A stretch of 64,000 nt of DNA from Bradymonadales bacterium. Lineage in GTDB: Bacteria; Myxococcota_A; Bradymonadia; UBA4248. This document shows positions 9,691-19,421 of the stretch, one piece after another; the stretch's first letter is position 1; every line of letters begins with the position of its first letter. The notes under the pieces are model-generated. The model ran no database searches and was not told the DNA's origin. It was given only the letters and a program-made list of their open reading frames with translations. Position numbers and translations under genes: made by a program. The stretch is taken from the NCBI GenBank assembly GCA_041656175.1, contig JBBAEA010000002.1:3697-67696 (forward strand), written 5' to 3'.

Positions 9691-11391
9691 ATGAATAAAT
9701 CAGCGCTATTGGCAAAATGCCTAGGATTTACGTTGCTATTGTATACAAGTCATGTTTTTGGACAAGATACTATAGATAATAGCGAATTTTGGCCAAAATC
9801 TGTAGAAAATTCTGTGGAAAAAATTTCTTCCGATCCCGACACGCAAGACTCTGTAGAGGCAGTTTATCCATTAGATAAGGATGAGCAAGAAGCGAAAAGC
9901 GTTAAAAACGCGGAAAACGTCATTTACGAATCTGAGGAAAATCCGGCCGATGGAAGGATGCAAGTACAGCTTCGCCCAGATCCGCTAAGTATCGACGACG
10001 AAAGTTCCAAAAATCTAGAAGAAATCGCGCTCTCTGATCCTAAAATCGTCGCTATCGATATGGACGCTATCCAGAATGAAAACAAGAGTCAAAGTGCCAA
10101 AGACTATATCGCCGATAGATTTCGCTTCTCCTCCTATGGACGAGTTCAACCCTCCATTAACCCAGCCACTGGCGAATCTGGCCGCCAGACGCGCTTAGTT
10201 TATCCAAACCCAAGAGTAGACGAGGCATCGTATCTAGAACTGAGTTTAGACTACACACCCTATAGATCTAATGATGGGGTAGAAGTCGATGTCATGACTA
10301 CCATAGCGTTTGGGGGCGAAAAACTCTTCCACTTCGATAGCGATTTTGAAGCAAAAGTCGCGGTGCGTAATCTTTATGTAGAGGCGAGGAACTTATTTTT
10401 TACAGGTACGGTACTGTGGGCTGGTTCGCGAATGTACCGCGGTGATGACATCTATTTGCTCGATTTTTGGCCACTCGATAATCTTAACACCTACGGCGGC
10501 GGTGTCGGCTATAGAGCGAAATCACGAAGCAATATCGATCTGCACTTTGGCGTAAATCGCCTGAATAACGATTATCAGTACCAAGTAGTCGACGTCATTA
10601 ACGAACGTTTCGTCGGGGAGCAAGAAGTAGTGTTCCTAGATAGACAACGTTTTATAGGTTCGCTAAAATTTGAACAACTCTTGGGTGGCGAAGAAATTCC
10701 GCTCTTTAAACTCAAAGCCTATGCAGAATTCCACACCCTAGCTAAGGGTAAACTACTCCTAAAACAGCCAGAAATCGAAAAGGATTTGCCCAACGATAGC
10801 GGTTGGTTATTAGGTTTACAGTTTGGTGTATCTCATTTTTATCGCGATTCCTTCGTCAATCTTTTTGTAAAATACGCTTCAGGCTTAGCGGCCTACGGAG
10901 AGCACGCCATACCCTTTGGCGTGAATAACGACATGCGCGCAAAAAACGCAAAACAATTCCTCCTAGGCTTAAGCGCTGGTCTCGATACCCCATATTTTGG
11001 CGCCATATTTGGCGGCTACTTGCGACATTTCAAAGACGCCGATGCCAATGTCCAAGACTATGACGATGGGTGGGAAGGAGTATGGGATCTGCGACTCTCT
11101 GGCTTTATTGGCAAATACTTTAGCCCCTCCGTAGAGTTTAGCCAACAACTTCGCCGTGCAAACGACGTCAACCCCGTAAGCCTAAAACAAGAACTAGCTC
11201 AAATTTTTAAAATATCTATACTACCTGCAGTGCGTTTTGGTGACGGACTCTTGACAAGACCCGAAATACGCCTAAACTACAGCGTAAGCTTTCTTAATGA
11301 TGCGGCAAAAAATACTTTTGCACCGCGCGATCGACTAAGAAACCGTTCCATTGAGCACTTCCTAGGTTTTGCAGCAGAATGGTGGTTTTAA
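9691..11391 (+). CDS. Putative outer-membrane beta-barrel protein / porin
   Basis: 566 aa. Cleavable signal peptide. Alternating beta-strand pattern. C-terminus ends AEWWF, the aromatic terminal Phe typical of OMPs. Confidence 0.55.
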   Translation: MNKSALLAKCLGFTLLLYTSHVFGQDTIDNSEFWPKSVENSVEKISSDPDTQDSVEAVYPLDKDEQEAKSVKNAENVIYESEENPADGRMQVQLRPDPLSIDDESSKNLEEIALSDPKIVAIDMDAIQNENKSQSAKDYIADRFRFSSYGRVQPSINPATGESGRQTRLVYPNPRVDEASYLELSLDYTPYRSNDGVEVDVMTTIAFGGEKLFHFDSDFEAKVAVRNLYVEARNLFFTGTVLWAGSRMYRGDDIYLLDFWPLDNLNTYGGGVGYRAKSRSNIDLHFGVNRLNNDYQYQVVDVINERFVGEQEVVFLDRQRFIGSLKFEQLLGGEEIPLFKLKAYAEFHTLAKGKLLLKQPEIEKDLPNDSGWLLGLQFGVSHFYRDSFVNLFVKYASGLAAYGEHAIPFGVNNDMRAKNAKQFLLGLSAGLDTPYFGAIFGGYLRHFKDADANVQDYDDGWEGVWDLRLSGFIGKYFSPSVEFSQQLRRANDVNPVSLKQELAQIFKISILPAVRFGDGLLTRPEIRLNYSVSFLNDAAKNTFAPRDRLRNRSIEHFLGFAAEWWF

Positions 11392-11470
11392 CCATAAAAA
11401 TCTCTTTAAAATGAGAACTCAATGCAAAATTTATTCATAAAATTAACGTTCATATATACAATTTGATAAT

Positions 11471-12325
11471 ATGGATTCTATAAATCAGAATAACAACCAA
11501 CGAAGTTTCGATGCCGACGCTGCCTACGAATATCTTCGCCTGCACGGCGATTTGCTTTGCAATGCTAGACTTTCCCATTGGCGCCAAATTAGCGACGACA
11601 ACACGTTTTGGAAAACCTTATCCCAGTTCCAAGCCCCAAGTGGCGGCTTTAAAGGTGGTATCGACCCCGACTACCAGGGAGAAGTTCCCTCTGTGCACTC
11701 CACCATCGAAGCCATGCGCATTATGGTCATGCACAACCAACTTGAAGACCCACACGTGGCAAAAACCCTCGACTTCCTACGCTCATGTGTCCTTAGCGAC
11801 GGCACCTGGCAAGAGCGCGATGAGGTTTTAGCCGACCCACTTTCACCCGCATGGTATAAACCTGCCCAGTTCCGCGTCTACGAAACAGCCAGCATCGCTG
11901 GCTACGGTCTCGAACTTGGCTTCAGCGAGGCATGGGCGCCCGCCGTCCGATACGTGCGCCAAATCTGGACCCAAATGCCACTTGCCGAAACCGCACACCC
12001 CTACTGGGCAACGCTACTACTTTTGGGTCGCAGCACCGCCGACGCCGATATCAGCATCACTTTGGACGCCCTCGATAACCTGCACATGTTTGTGCGAAAG
12101 CACAAAATTGACCCTTACGACTGCTCTACCATCGTCGAAATTCTCGACGGCATAGAAGACCCCAACGTTGACGAAATCCTGTACCGCATCGCACAAATAC
12201 TCGCCCAATCCCAAGACGCTGACGGTGGAATTACCACGCAGTATAGCGAAAAATTGCGCGTACAAGGCACATTTAACGCCCTTTTTGCAGTCGCCATCAT
12301 GGCACAACGGGGAGTTTTGGAGTAA
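11471..12325 (+). CDS. Hypothetical protein with QW/prenyltransferase-like repeats
   Basis: 284 aa. Recurrent Q..(S/D)GG(F/T/I)..(W/Q) motifs: QAPSGGF, SDGTWQE, DADGGITTQY. Weak resemblance to the terpenoid cyclase / prenyltransferase alpha-alpha toroid. Confidence 0.4.
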   Translation: MDSINQNNNQRSFDADAAYEYLRLHGDLLCNARLSHWRQISDDNTFWKTLSQFQAPSGGFKGGIDPDYQGEVPSVHSTIEAMRIMVMHNQLEDPHVAKTLDFLRSCVLSDGTWQERDEVLADPLSPAWYKPAQFRVYETASIAGYGLELGFSEAWAPAVRYVRQIWTQMPLAETAHPYWATLLLLGRSTADADISITLDALDNLHMFVRKHKIDPYDCSTIVEILDGIEDPNVDEILYRIAQILAQSQDADGGITTQYSEKLRVQGTFNALFAVAIMAQRGVLE

Positions 12326-12337
12326 GGAAGTTTTGTC

Positions 12338-12490
12338 TTTGGTGGGGGGCACACTGCCCCCCTACGCGCAAGCTTCCCGCAGCATGCGCCTGCAAGCGCA
12401 AAATTTTGTGCATTGTTTCGCCTATTAGGCGAACCAACGCACAAAATGCGCTTTGCGGCCCCTGCTTTGGGCGATCTTGCGCTACCCCCC
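12338..12490 (+). repeat. Family-1 structured element, copy 1c
   Basis: GTGGGGGGCACACTGCCCCCCTACGCGCAAGCTTCC ... GGGCGATCTTGCGCTACCCCCC. Internal palindrome GCGCAAAATTTTGTGC...GCACAAAATGCGC. Confidence 0.8.
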
Positions 12491-12534
12491 ACTGCTTTGT
12501 TGTTCATTTTCTACAACACTGCTAGCAGCCACAT

Positions 12535-13113
12535 TTGCGGTTTTTTTGTAGTTTTTCCCAAAACCTAGGTTTTGCCTTTATGTATCGCTTAGCTATTATT
12601 TTTGCCTCTTTATTGACGATTTCCTGCACGCGCTACTACAGCCTACCCGATGCACCACCTAAAGAAGAGTGGCAGTCACACGCTATAGAAGAGAGCGAAA
12701 ATCCCCAAGAAGTCACCTTGCGACAATTAGAAGCAAAGCGCGCTTCTATCCAAGTTTACTCCGCTCTCCTATCTAAAGACTGGGATAAAGCTCTTTCTTT
12801 AATGAGTGCTGAAACTGTTGCACTTTTTCGCAGTGCTTCACCAAGCGAAGATCCTAAGCTAACACTGGAGTCTGGGGTTTTAGAATTGCGCGGACAAAGT
12901 ATTCCATTTGACCCCGTTGCAGATATATTTATTACAAACCTTAGCGATATTCGGACCGACTTTGGCGAAGAAGTCGCGGATTCCACCAAAACGAGGCAAA
13001 TCCTATTTGCCGTCGATGGCAACAAAAGAGCGCGGAAAATCGCCATGATAAAAGAGGGCGGAATTTGGGTTCTGCATAGCCCGATGATAAAATCGCCCAT
13101 AATCCAAGAGTAA
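12535..13113 (+). CDS. Hypothetical lipoprotein
   Basis: 192 aa. Signal with lipobox LTISC. Confidence 0.5.
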   Translation: MRFFCSFSQNLGFAFMYRLAIIFASLLTISCTRYYSLPDAPPKEEWQSHAIEESENPQEVTLRQLEAKRASIQVYSALLSKDWDKALSLMSAETVALFRSASPSEDPKLTLESGVLELRGQSIPFDPVADIFITNLSDIRTDFGEEVADSTKTRQILFAVDGNKRARKIAMIKEGGIWVLHSPMIKSPIIQE

Positions 13114-13117
13114 GACA

Positions 13118-13726
13118 GTGCTAGTAGATCGATGCTTATTAACGCAAAAAGACGGCTTGTGGGTGGGGCTTACCGAAAGGCTTGTACGCGTAGGTGAGAA
13201 CTTTCGCTTCCTCGCCTGGCTCTCGGCTATTGTGCTACTTCTTGCGATGATTCGCATCCTCGATATTTCTGTCGCACGTATGGGCGCGCTGGACTACATT
13301 AGTGTGGGAATTCCTGCAATTTTTGCGGTTGTTTTTTTTAAAATTTCTTCGCAGCGGCGCAGAATTCGCGAAATAGCCATTAAAATCGAAAAACCGCGCA
13401 AAGTTTTAGATGAAGATCAAAATTTACTAACGCAGGAGCAGTATTTTTACCTTCCCAAAAAAGACGATGCCCTTGGTTTTGAACAATACGATCGTAACGA
13501 TTGCAGCCACGTTGTCTTTGGCCTTATCGACTACAAACCCGAAAACGAGCGTCGCGGCCTTACACTCGAAGCATACGCGCTCTACTTCGCTAGACATGAT
13601 GGTTCGCCGCTTGTGATCGTCGAGAGCTGCTTTGATAAAATGTCTTGCTATAACTTAGGTCGTCGCATCGCTGCCATCACTTCGCTTCCCATCATTGAGC
13701 TCGGTAAGGGCCAGCCCTTTGCGTAG
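13118..13726 (+). CDS. Hypothetical membrane protein
   Basis: 202 aa. Two predicted TM helices. Start 4 bp after the preceding ORF, so probably co-transcribed. Confidence 0.45.
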   Translation: MLVDRCLLTQKDGLWVGLTERLVRVGENFRFLAWLSAIVLLLAMIRILDISVARMGALDYISVGIPAIFAVVFFKISSQRRRIREIAIKIEKPRKVLDEDQNLLTQEQYFYLPKKDDALGFEQYDRNDCSHVVFGLIDYKPENERRGLTLEAYALYFARHDGSPLVIVESCFDKMSCYNLGRRIAAITSLPIIELGKGQPFA

Positions 13727-13730
13727 CGCG

Positions 13731-14918
13731 CTAAAACGAAGGCAATATCTCCACGCTCATCGCATCGTGAAAGCGTAAACCCAAAGTAGTCACCCTGATT
13801 TCTGAATCACGGCGAGTGATCCAACCGCGATTTTCGCAGCGATGAAGCGCTGTGGGAAGTTCTGGGTAAGGAGGCGCTGTATCATTTATAATAGCATCGA
13901 GATCAAGCGGGAAAACTGTACGCAAACCGAGTATGAGTCGTTCTGCAAGATGGGTTTCGGCTTTGAGTTCCTCAAAAAAATCCAAGCTATTGGTGGGGTT
14001 TTGGAAGTATTGGCGTAAATGAACTTTATTAGCCCATCTATAGAATTTACCGTCTTTTGTATGATTAAAAGAATGGGCACCAGGCCCCAAGCCTAAATAA
14101 GGTACACCAGCCCAACACGATATATTGTGCGCAGAATAATAAGCATCACGGCTGAAACTCGATATTTCATAGCGTTGAAAAGGAAACACATTTTCTTCGA
14201 TAATTTCGAGTTGTTCAAAAATTTCGTTCTCGCCGCTTTTGATCATTTCCCCACGTTTAGCGCGTGTGCCAAAGGCTGTATAGTCCTCGATGCTTAGCTC
14301 GTAAATGGAAAGCTGCTTTGCGGCGCTGATCTCGGCTTGCTCAAGATCGGCTAAGAAACTTTCGCGTGTAGCACTGGCGCAACCGTAGATCAAATCAATG
14401 CTGATATCGTCAAAACGCGCCGCGGCCAGCGTTTTAATGGCAAAATGCGCATCTTCGGGGCTATGGCGCCTACCAAGTGCAGCTAAAGTCTTGGCGTCAA
14501 ACGACTGTATGCCCAGCGACACGCGGTTAAAACCCAAATCTTTCCACGCTTTGGCGCTCTCTTCGTTGACATGCTCTGGGTTTACTTCGATCGTAATTTC
14601 ATCGGCCAATCCAAATCGAGCGCTAAAAGCCGATAGCAAGATCTTTAGCGTTGACGTCTTGAGCAATGACGGCGTTCCGCCACCAAAATATATTGTATGC
14701 AGGCGCCTGTGGCTGAAATCCTTAGCCTTGGCATCAAGCTCATACAAAAGAGCCTCTACGAACTCGTCCTCTGGTATAGGATGAACAACGGTAGAGGCGA
14801 ATGCACAATAGGGACAGCGTTTTACACAAAAAGGAACGTGGACATAGATTCCAAACAAATTTTTACTGGTGTAATCGCTGAGCGTGCGCCCAAAAGGCAA
14901 AGATTGCGCGAAATGCAA
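13731..14918 (-). CDS. hemW: Radical SAM heme chaperone / oxygen-independent coproporphyrinogen oxidase-like protein
   Basis: 395 aa. YVHVPFCVKRCPYCAF is the CxxxCxxC radical-SAM cluster motif. HemN/HemW family length. Confidence 0.8.
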   Translation of the reverse strand: MHFAQSLPFGRTLSDYTSKNLFGIYVHVPFCVKRCPYCAFASTVVHPIPEDEFVEALLYELDAKAKDFSHRRLHTIYFGGGTPSLLKTSTLKILLSAFSARFGLADEITIEVNPEHVNEESAKAWKDLGFNRVSLGIQSFDAKTLAALGRRHSPEDAHFAIKTLAAARFDDISIDLIYGCASATRESFLADLEQAEISAAKQLSIYELSIEDYTAFGTRAKRGEMIKSGENEIFEQLEIIEENVFPFQRYEISSFSRDAYYSAHNISCWAGVPYLGLGPGAHSFNHTKDGKFYRWANKVHLRQYFQNPTNSLDFFEELKAETHLAERLILGLRTVFPLDLDAIINDTAPPYPELPTALHRCENRGWITRRDSEIRVTTLGLRFHDAMSVEILPSF

Positions 14919-14930
14919 AACTACTTAATT

Positions 14931-15085
14931 TTGCCTTCTTTAAACCAAACATGCTTTTTGGCTACGGGATCATATTTTTTGAAGCGTAGTTTGTCGGGCG
15001 TATTCTTTTTATTCTTGGTTGTTGTATAAAAATAACCAGTACCTGCTTCGCTTGTGAGACGAATTTTTTCACGTATAGCTGCCAT
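14931..15085 (-). CDS. rpmG: 50S ribosomal protein L33
   Basis: Manual translation of the minus strand gives [54 protein letters not shown]. Below the 60-aa cutoff of the ORF track. Confidence 0.8.
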
Positions 15086-15113
15086 ATCTTTATCCTTCCA
15101 TTAATAACGGGCG

Positions 15114-15187
15114 TACGCCCAGCAGGATTCGAACCTGCGACCCACGGCTTAGAAGGCCGTTGCTCTGTCCAACTGAGCTATGGGCGC
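15114..15187 (-). tRNA. tRNA-Arg (anticodon TCT)
   Basis: Reverse complement folds as GCGCCCA..AGCTCAGTTGGACAGAGC..ACGGC-CTTCTAA-GCCGT..GGTTCGAATCC..TGGGCGT with a discriminator A. Confidence 0.85.
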
Positions 15188-15193
15188 ATGTGA

Positions 15194-15267
15194 TCGGGGC
15201 GATAGGATTCGAACCTACGGCTTCCTGCTCCCAAAGCAGGCGCGCTACCAGACTGCGCCACGCCCCG
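15194..15267 (-). tRNA. tRNA-Pro (anticodon TGG)
   Basis: Reverse complement reads CGGGGCG..GCGCAGTCTGGTAGCGC..CCTGC-TTTGGGA-GCAGG..GGTTCGAATCC..CGCCCCG-A. Confidence 0.85.
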
Positions 15268-15332
15268 TTAGGTGCGTGCAGCTTTAAACTAAGTGCAAAG
15301 ATTTTGCAAGTTTTTTCTTTTTTTTATGCGAT

Positions 15333-15569
15333 GAGACCTTTGCACGGCTAGAAATTGTGAATTTAATTTTACAAATCCGATACAGTTTTAAACAAAATGA
15401 GACATTTTGTAGAGAAATATACGCTGAAAATGCTAATAAAATAAGGCAGGATGACGATACAATGACATTTTATTCGAAAAGCGCTTAAAAGAGTGTTTTC
15501 TTTGGGGAAGGGGGGAAACATCTTTTCTTTGGCACAAAGAAAAGGGTTTCCCCCCGTGCAAAGCTCTCT
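15333..15569 (+). repeat. Family-3 TIR element (MITE-like), copy 3a
   Basis: Left end GAGACCTTTGCACGG, right end CCGTGCAAAGCTCTC (inverted). Internal GGGGGGAAAC...GTTTCCCCCC hairpin. Confidence 0.75.
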
Positions 15570-15717
15570 AGTTATGTTAAGAGTCAAAAATCTTTCGCGT
15601 CACATGCTGTTTGCTCACACAAAATTATTGGATAAAGCTTAAATACTCGGCTAATATATTGCACGTGGTAAAAGCCTATGCCTTTACTGCTCGAACACGC
15701 ATAAAATAAGGAAAGAC

Positions 15718-17796
15718 ATGAAAAAAATTGCGTTTTATTTATCAATCATGCTTATTGGCGCATTTTCAACGATTAGTTGTAATGATCAAGGTGATAACAA
15801 AAGCTGCGACGACGTTGAGTGTGGAGCTGATGAAATCTGCGAAAAAGGAGAGTGCGTTCCCAATGAAGTAGATCTCTGCAAAGACGTCAGTTGCGATCCT
15901 AACCAGCACTGCGAAAAAGGAGAGTGCGTTCCCAATGAAGTAGATCCCTGCAAAGACGTCAGTTGCAATCCTAATCAGCACTGCGAAAATGGAGAGTGCG
16001 TTCCCAATGAAGTAGATCTTTGTAAAGACGTCAGTTGCGATCCTAACCAGCACTGCGAAAAAGGAGAGTGCGTCGATAATACTGAAAATCCTTGCAAAGA
16101 CGTTAGTTGCGAAAAAGGCCAAAGATGTGTAGGGGGTACGTGCGTCGATAGCTGTACAGGCATTGTTTGTATTGACAATCACATTTGTAAAAACGGTGAG
16201 TGCGTTTTAGATAATGACAAACTTTGTGAGAATGTCACTTGTACGACAGGATTTCATTGTAGTGCGGGCGAGTGCGTAAAGATTGATCCTTGCGATGACG
16301 TATTGTGTGACCCTGGTTTTGTGTGCCAGTTGGGCAACTGCTACGACAAAGCCATCTTCCCTTGTCTCGGTGTAACTTGCCCCGATGATCAGGTCTGCGA
16401 AAGCGGCGTGTGCGTAGTCATAGATGAACACGTTGAATTTGAAGAACCCGTGGGCAATGTTGTACCTAACTGGGATTTTGAAGAGTGGGAGCTTAGTTCG
16501 CCTACTTCATGGCATAGTTTTGGAATAGAGGTCGTTGTTAGTAAAAATACAAGTAATCCAAAATCAAAATTGGCTGCCGTTAACATTAATAATCCGCTCA
16601 AAAATAACGCAAGACTAGAGTCTATCCCATTGACGCTTGATGTAGGGAAGTATTATTGCTCTGCTTGGCTTAAAGGCGAAGGCACGGTTTTATTGGGTGC
16701 ACGCCTATCTGATACCGATAATCCTTCGAAGGGAAAATACAAATATAACTCAGAGACAGTATTAAATGGAAGTGGCCCTTATAAAGAGGTCTTCTTTAAT
16801 TTTACTGTCGATGCGACCATTCAAAAGGTAACGATTCTCATTACCGTAAAGAACACGAGCGGAATGAATGTTAACGTTGATGCCATTTCTTGTGTTCGTG
16901 CCGCTGGAAATTGTGACAACGTAACTTGCAAAGAATGGGAAGAATGCCGAGAATATGATGGTAGCTGTCGACCAAAAATAAGTCGCTGTAATACGGCAGA
17001 TGACTGCAGCGAGTGGCAGACTTGTGACGCCAACCATTATTGTGTACTCGCCGAGGGGCGCTGCAAAAGTACAGTGGATTGTGATGAAAATAGTGATAAG
17101 CCAAAATGTGATGTCAAAACCAAAATTTGTGTTGCTGGCGATCCTTGTGAAGGGGTAACGTGCGACGAGTGGAAAACGTGTCAACGCGCATCTGGCTTGT
17201 GTGTACTCGATGAAAATCGCTGTATTACATCAAAGGATTGCCTCAAAGATAAACCTGCATGCGATGTTACGACGCACACTTGTCAGGACTCTACACACGA
17301 TTGTAACATCTTCCCCAACGGTGGTTTCGAAAAATGGGATGACTATTATATACCGTATCACGGCGATAATTACCTTCCCGATTTTTGGTATGGTTTATTT
17401 GATCATCTATGGGACAATAAATACAACTCGGAAATTGATCCCAAAAATATTAAGCAGTACACGACGTCCGTGCACTCTGGGAATTATGCCATGCAAATCA
17501 TTTTCACAGAGTTTGTAGCAGATCGCTTAGCTTCCGATGAATTTGATATTCCACCAGGTGCGTATACATGCTCTTATTGGGTTCGAGGTAAAGGGACGTT
17601 ACGTCACCGCAGCTATTCTTCAGGTGGCGAATCTCCGTACACGGACTTTTACCAAATTGATACCGATAAGTGGCAACGTGTAGAATTTAATGCGCCTGGC
17701 AATGTTCGAGAATTTAGACTTATCCTGTACGTTAGCCAAACTGATGCGAGTAAAGATCACGTACAGATCGACGACGTTGTCTGCACTAAAAACTAA
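15718..17796 (+). CDS. Secreted lipoprotein with tandem Cys-rich modules and two beta-sandwich (CBM/galactose-binding-like) domains; hypothetical
   Basis: 692 aa. Signal with lipobox ISC. Four or more copies of CKDVSC(D/N)PNQHCE(K/N)GECVPNEVD, followed by further C-x-C modules. Confidence 0.65.
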   Translation: MKKIAFYLSIMLIGAFSTISCNDQGDNKSCDDVECGADEICEKGECVPNEVDLCKDVSCDPNQHCEKGECVPNEVDPCKDVSCNPNQHCENGECVPNEVDLCKDVSCDPNQHCEKGECVDNTENPCKDVSCEKGQRCVGGTCVDSCTGIVCIDNHICKNGECVLDNDKLCENVTCTTGFHCSAGECVKIDPCDDVLCDPGFVCQLGNCYDKAIFPCLGVTCPDDQVCESGVCVVIDEHVEFEEPVGNVVPNWDFEEWELSSPTSWHSFGIEVVVSKNTSNPKSKLAAVNINNPLKNNARLESIPLTLDVGKYYCSAWLKGEGTVLLGARLSDTDNPSKGKYKYNSETVLNGSGPYKEVFFNFTVDATIQKVTILITVKNTSGMNVNVDAISCVRAAGNCDNVTCKEWEECREYDGSCRPKISRCNTADDCSEWQTCDANHYCVLAEGRCKSTVDCDENSDKPKCDVKTKICVAGDPCEGVTCDEWKTCQRASGLCVLDENRCITSKDCLKDKPACDVTTHTCQDSTHDCNIFPNGGFEKWDDYYIPYHGDNYLPDFWYGLFDHLWDNKYNSEIDPKNIKQYTTSVHSGNYAMQIIFTEFVADRLASDEFDIPPGAYTCSYWVRGKGTLRHRSYSSGGESPYTDFYQIDTDKWQRVEFNAPGNVREFRLILYVSQTDASKDHVQIDDVVCTKN
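15805..16080 (+). repeat. In-frame 66-bp tandem repeat (about 4 units) inside the Cys-rich lipoprotein gene
   Basis: gatctctgcaaagacgtcagttgcgatcctaaccagcactgcgaaaaaggagagtgcgttcccaatgaagta recurs with fewer than 5 mismatches. Confidence 0.8.
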
Positions 17797-17807
17797 TTTC
17801 ACGCAAA

Positions 17808-17866
17808 GCCCAACACCTTGATTGCAGCCTTTTACGCTAAGCAACGTGTTGGGCGTTTTTGCATGC
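17808..17866 (+). terminator. Rho-independent terminator
   Basis: GCCCAACAC...GTGTTGGGC stem followed by GTTTTTGC, 10 bp after the stop of the Cys-rich gene. Confidence 0.55.
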
Positions 17867-17917
17867 TTTGTTTGTTAAAAATATTGATTTTTGCTTAACC
17901 AAAGGAAGGGATTGAAA

Positions 17918-19276
17918 ATGCAAGTTATAGTCATCGGTGTTGGATATGTGGGTCTCAATACTGCAGCAGCCCTAGCTTACTTAGGACATGACGTTCTTGG
18001 TATTGATAACGATGCGAAGAAAGTCGCCATGTTACAAAATCGCCGACCACCCATTAGCGAAGAGGGCTTAGAGGAACTTTTGGCTCTCGACCTCAAACTC
18101 AAATTTAGCCAAGAACTCGCCGTTGGCCTTGATAATGCCGACGTCATCTTTATCGCGGTTGGCACGCCATCGCGCGAGGATGGAAGTGCTAATATTGACT
18201 ACGTATACGACGCTGCCCGAGAACTAGGTCAAAAGCTCAAACCCAGTAAAGATCAGTGCATTGTGCTAAAATCCACCGTCCCCATCGGCGTCAATGAGCA
18301 TGTCGAGTCGCTGATACGAAAAGCCGTTGTGGAACGTGGATATGACGATGCCCTGCTGCACTTTGCCTCTAGCCCCGAGTTTTTGCGCGAAGGCAGAGCA
18401 TTGTCGGATACCTTTTACCCCGATCGCATCTTAATCGGCACCGATGATGATTATGCCTTCAATATTTTGGAAAAACTCTACAAACGGATTATTTCACGAG
18501 ATTTCGCGCATCCGTCGTTTTTGGAAGCTCTCAAAGAACTGCCCAATAGCCAAATAATTCGCAGCGATCGCGTGTCAGCTGAAATGATAAAATACGCCTC
18601 AAACGCGTTTTTAGCGCTAAAGATTAGTTTTATCAATGAAATTTCCGTTCTTTGTGAGGCGCTAGGCGCTGATGTGAACGATGTAAGTAAGGGTATGGGC
18701 CTAGATCGACGCATTGCTCCCTACTTCCTTAAAGCTGGTTTAGGCTGGGGTGGTTCTTGCTTCCCCAAAGACACGCTTGCCCTCATGAGTATGGCGGAGG
18801 ATTACGGTATTGAGCTCCCATTGATCGAAGGAGCACGGCGAGTAAATGAAGAACAACTCACGCGTGTGGTGCGCAAGGTGCAGGCTGAATTAAAGACCTT
18901 AGCGGGTAAGAAAATTGCCGTTTTGGGTATCAGTTTTAAGCCTCTAACCGATGATGTACGAAACAGCCCTGCTGTAGATTTGGCCATGCAATTACGCGAT
19001 TTGGGTGCAGACGTTTTTATGCACGATCCCGTTGGTGTGAGCAATGCGCGCGCCGTATACGGCGATACGGGCTTACACTTTTGCGATAGCGTTCAAGAGC
19101 TCTGCACTGACTCCGTTTGCAGCATACTCGCCACCGACTGGAACGAATACCGCAGACTCGATTTTGCCGACTTAGCTAAGCGTACGAAGCAGCCCATTAT
19201 GGTCGATGCGAGAAATTTTTTGGATCGCGACACCGTCGAAGAGAGCGGTTGGTACTACCTCGGGTTTGGGCGCTAA
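17918..19276 (+). CDS. ugd: UDP-glucose 6-dehydrogenase (UDP-glucose/GDP-mannose dehydrogenase family)
   Basis: MQVIVIGVGYVGL Rossmann N-terminus. GLGWGGSCFPKD catalytic Cys motif. About 452 aa from the internal Met. Confidence 0.85.
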   Translation: MQVIVIGVGYVGLNTAAALAYLGHDVLGIDNDAKKVAMLQNRRPPISEEGLEELLALDLKLKFSQELAVGLDNADVIFIAVGTPSREDGSANIDYVYDAARELGQKLKPSKDQCIVLKSTVPIGVNEHVESLIRKAVVERGYDDALLHFASSPEFLREGRALSDTFYPDRILIGTDDDYAFNILEKLYKRIISRDFAHPSFLEALKELPNSQIIRSDRVSAEMIKYASNAFLALKISFINEISVLCEALGADVNDVSKGMGLDRRIAPYFLKAGLGWGGSCFPKDTLALMSMAEDYGIELPLIEGARRVNEEQLTRVVRKVQAELKTLAGKKIAVLGISFKPLTDDVRNSPAVDLAMQLRDLGADVFMHDPVGVSNARAVYGDTGLHFCDSVQELCTDSVCSILATDWNEYRRLDFADLAKRTKQPIMVDARNFLDRDTVEESGWYYLGFGR

Positions 19277-19421
19277 GATTGCTTTGATTTATGGGGGCTA
19301 GCGCCCCACTCAGCATGCTGAACTGATTATTTTATTCGATGATGCCGATGAGCGAACTTTATCGTTGCCCAAGCACAGCGCTCTTTTGGCGCCGTGCTGA
19401 GGAAGAACCTTGCTGCTAGCA

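Noticed and set aside
15766-16182. Antisense ORFs 15766..16182, 15786..15968, 15975..16178 with repeated peptides
   Set aside because: They are the opposite strand of the 66-bp coding repeats of the Cys-rich lipoprotein gene. The sense frame has a signal peptide and coherent domain structure.
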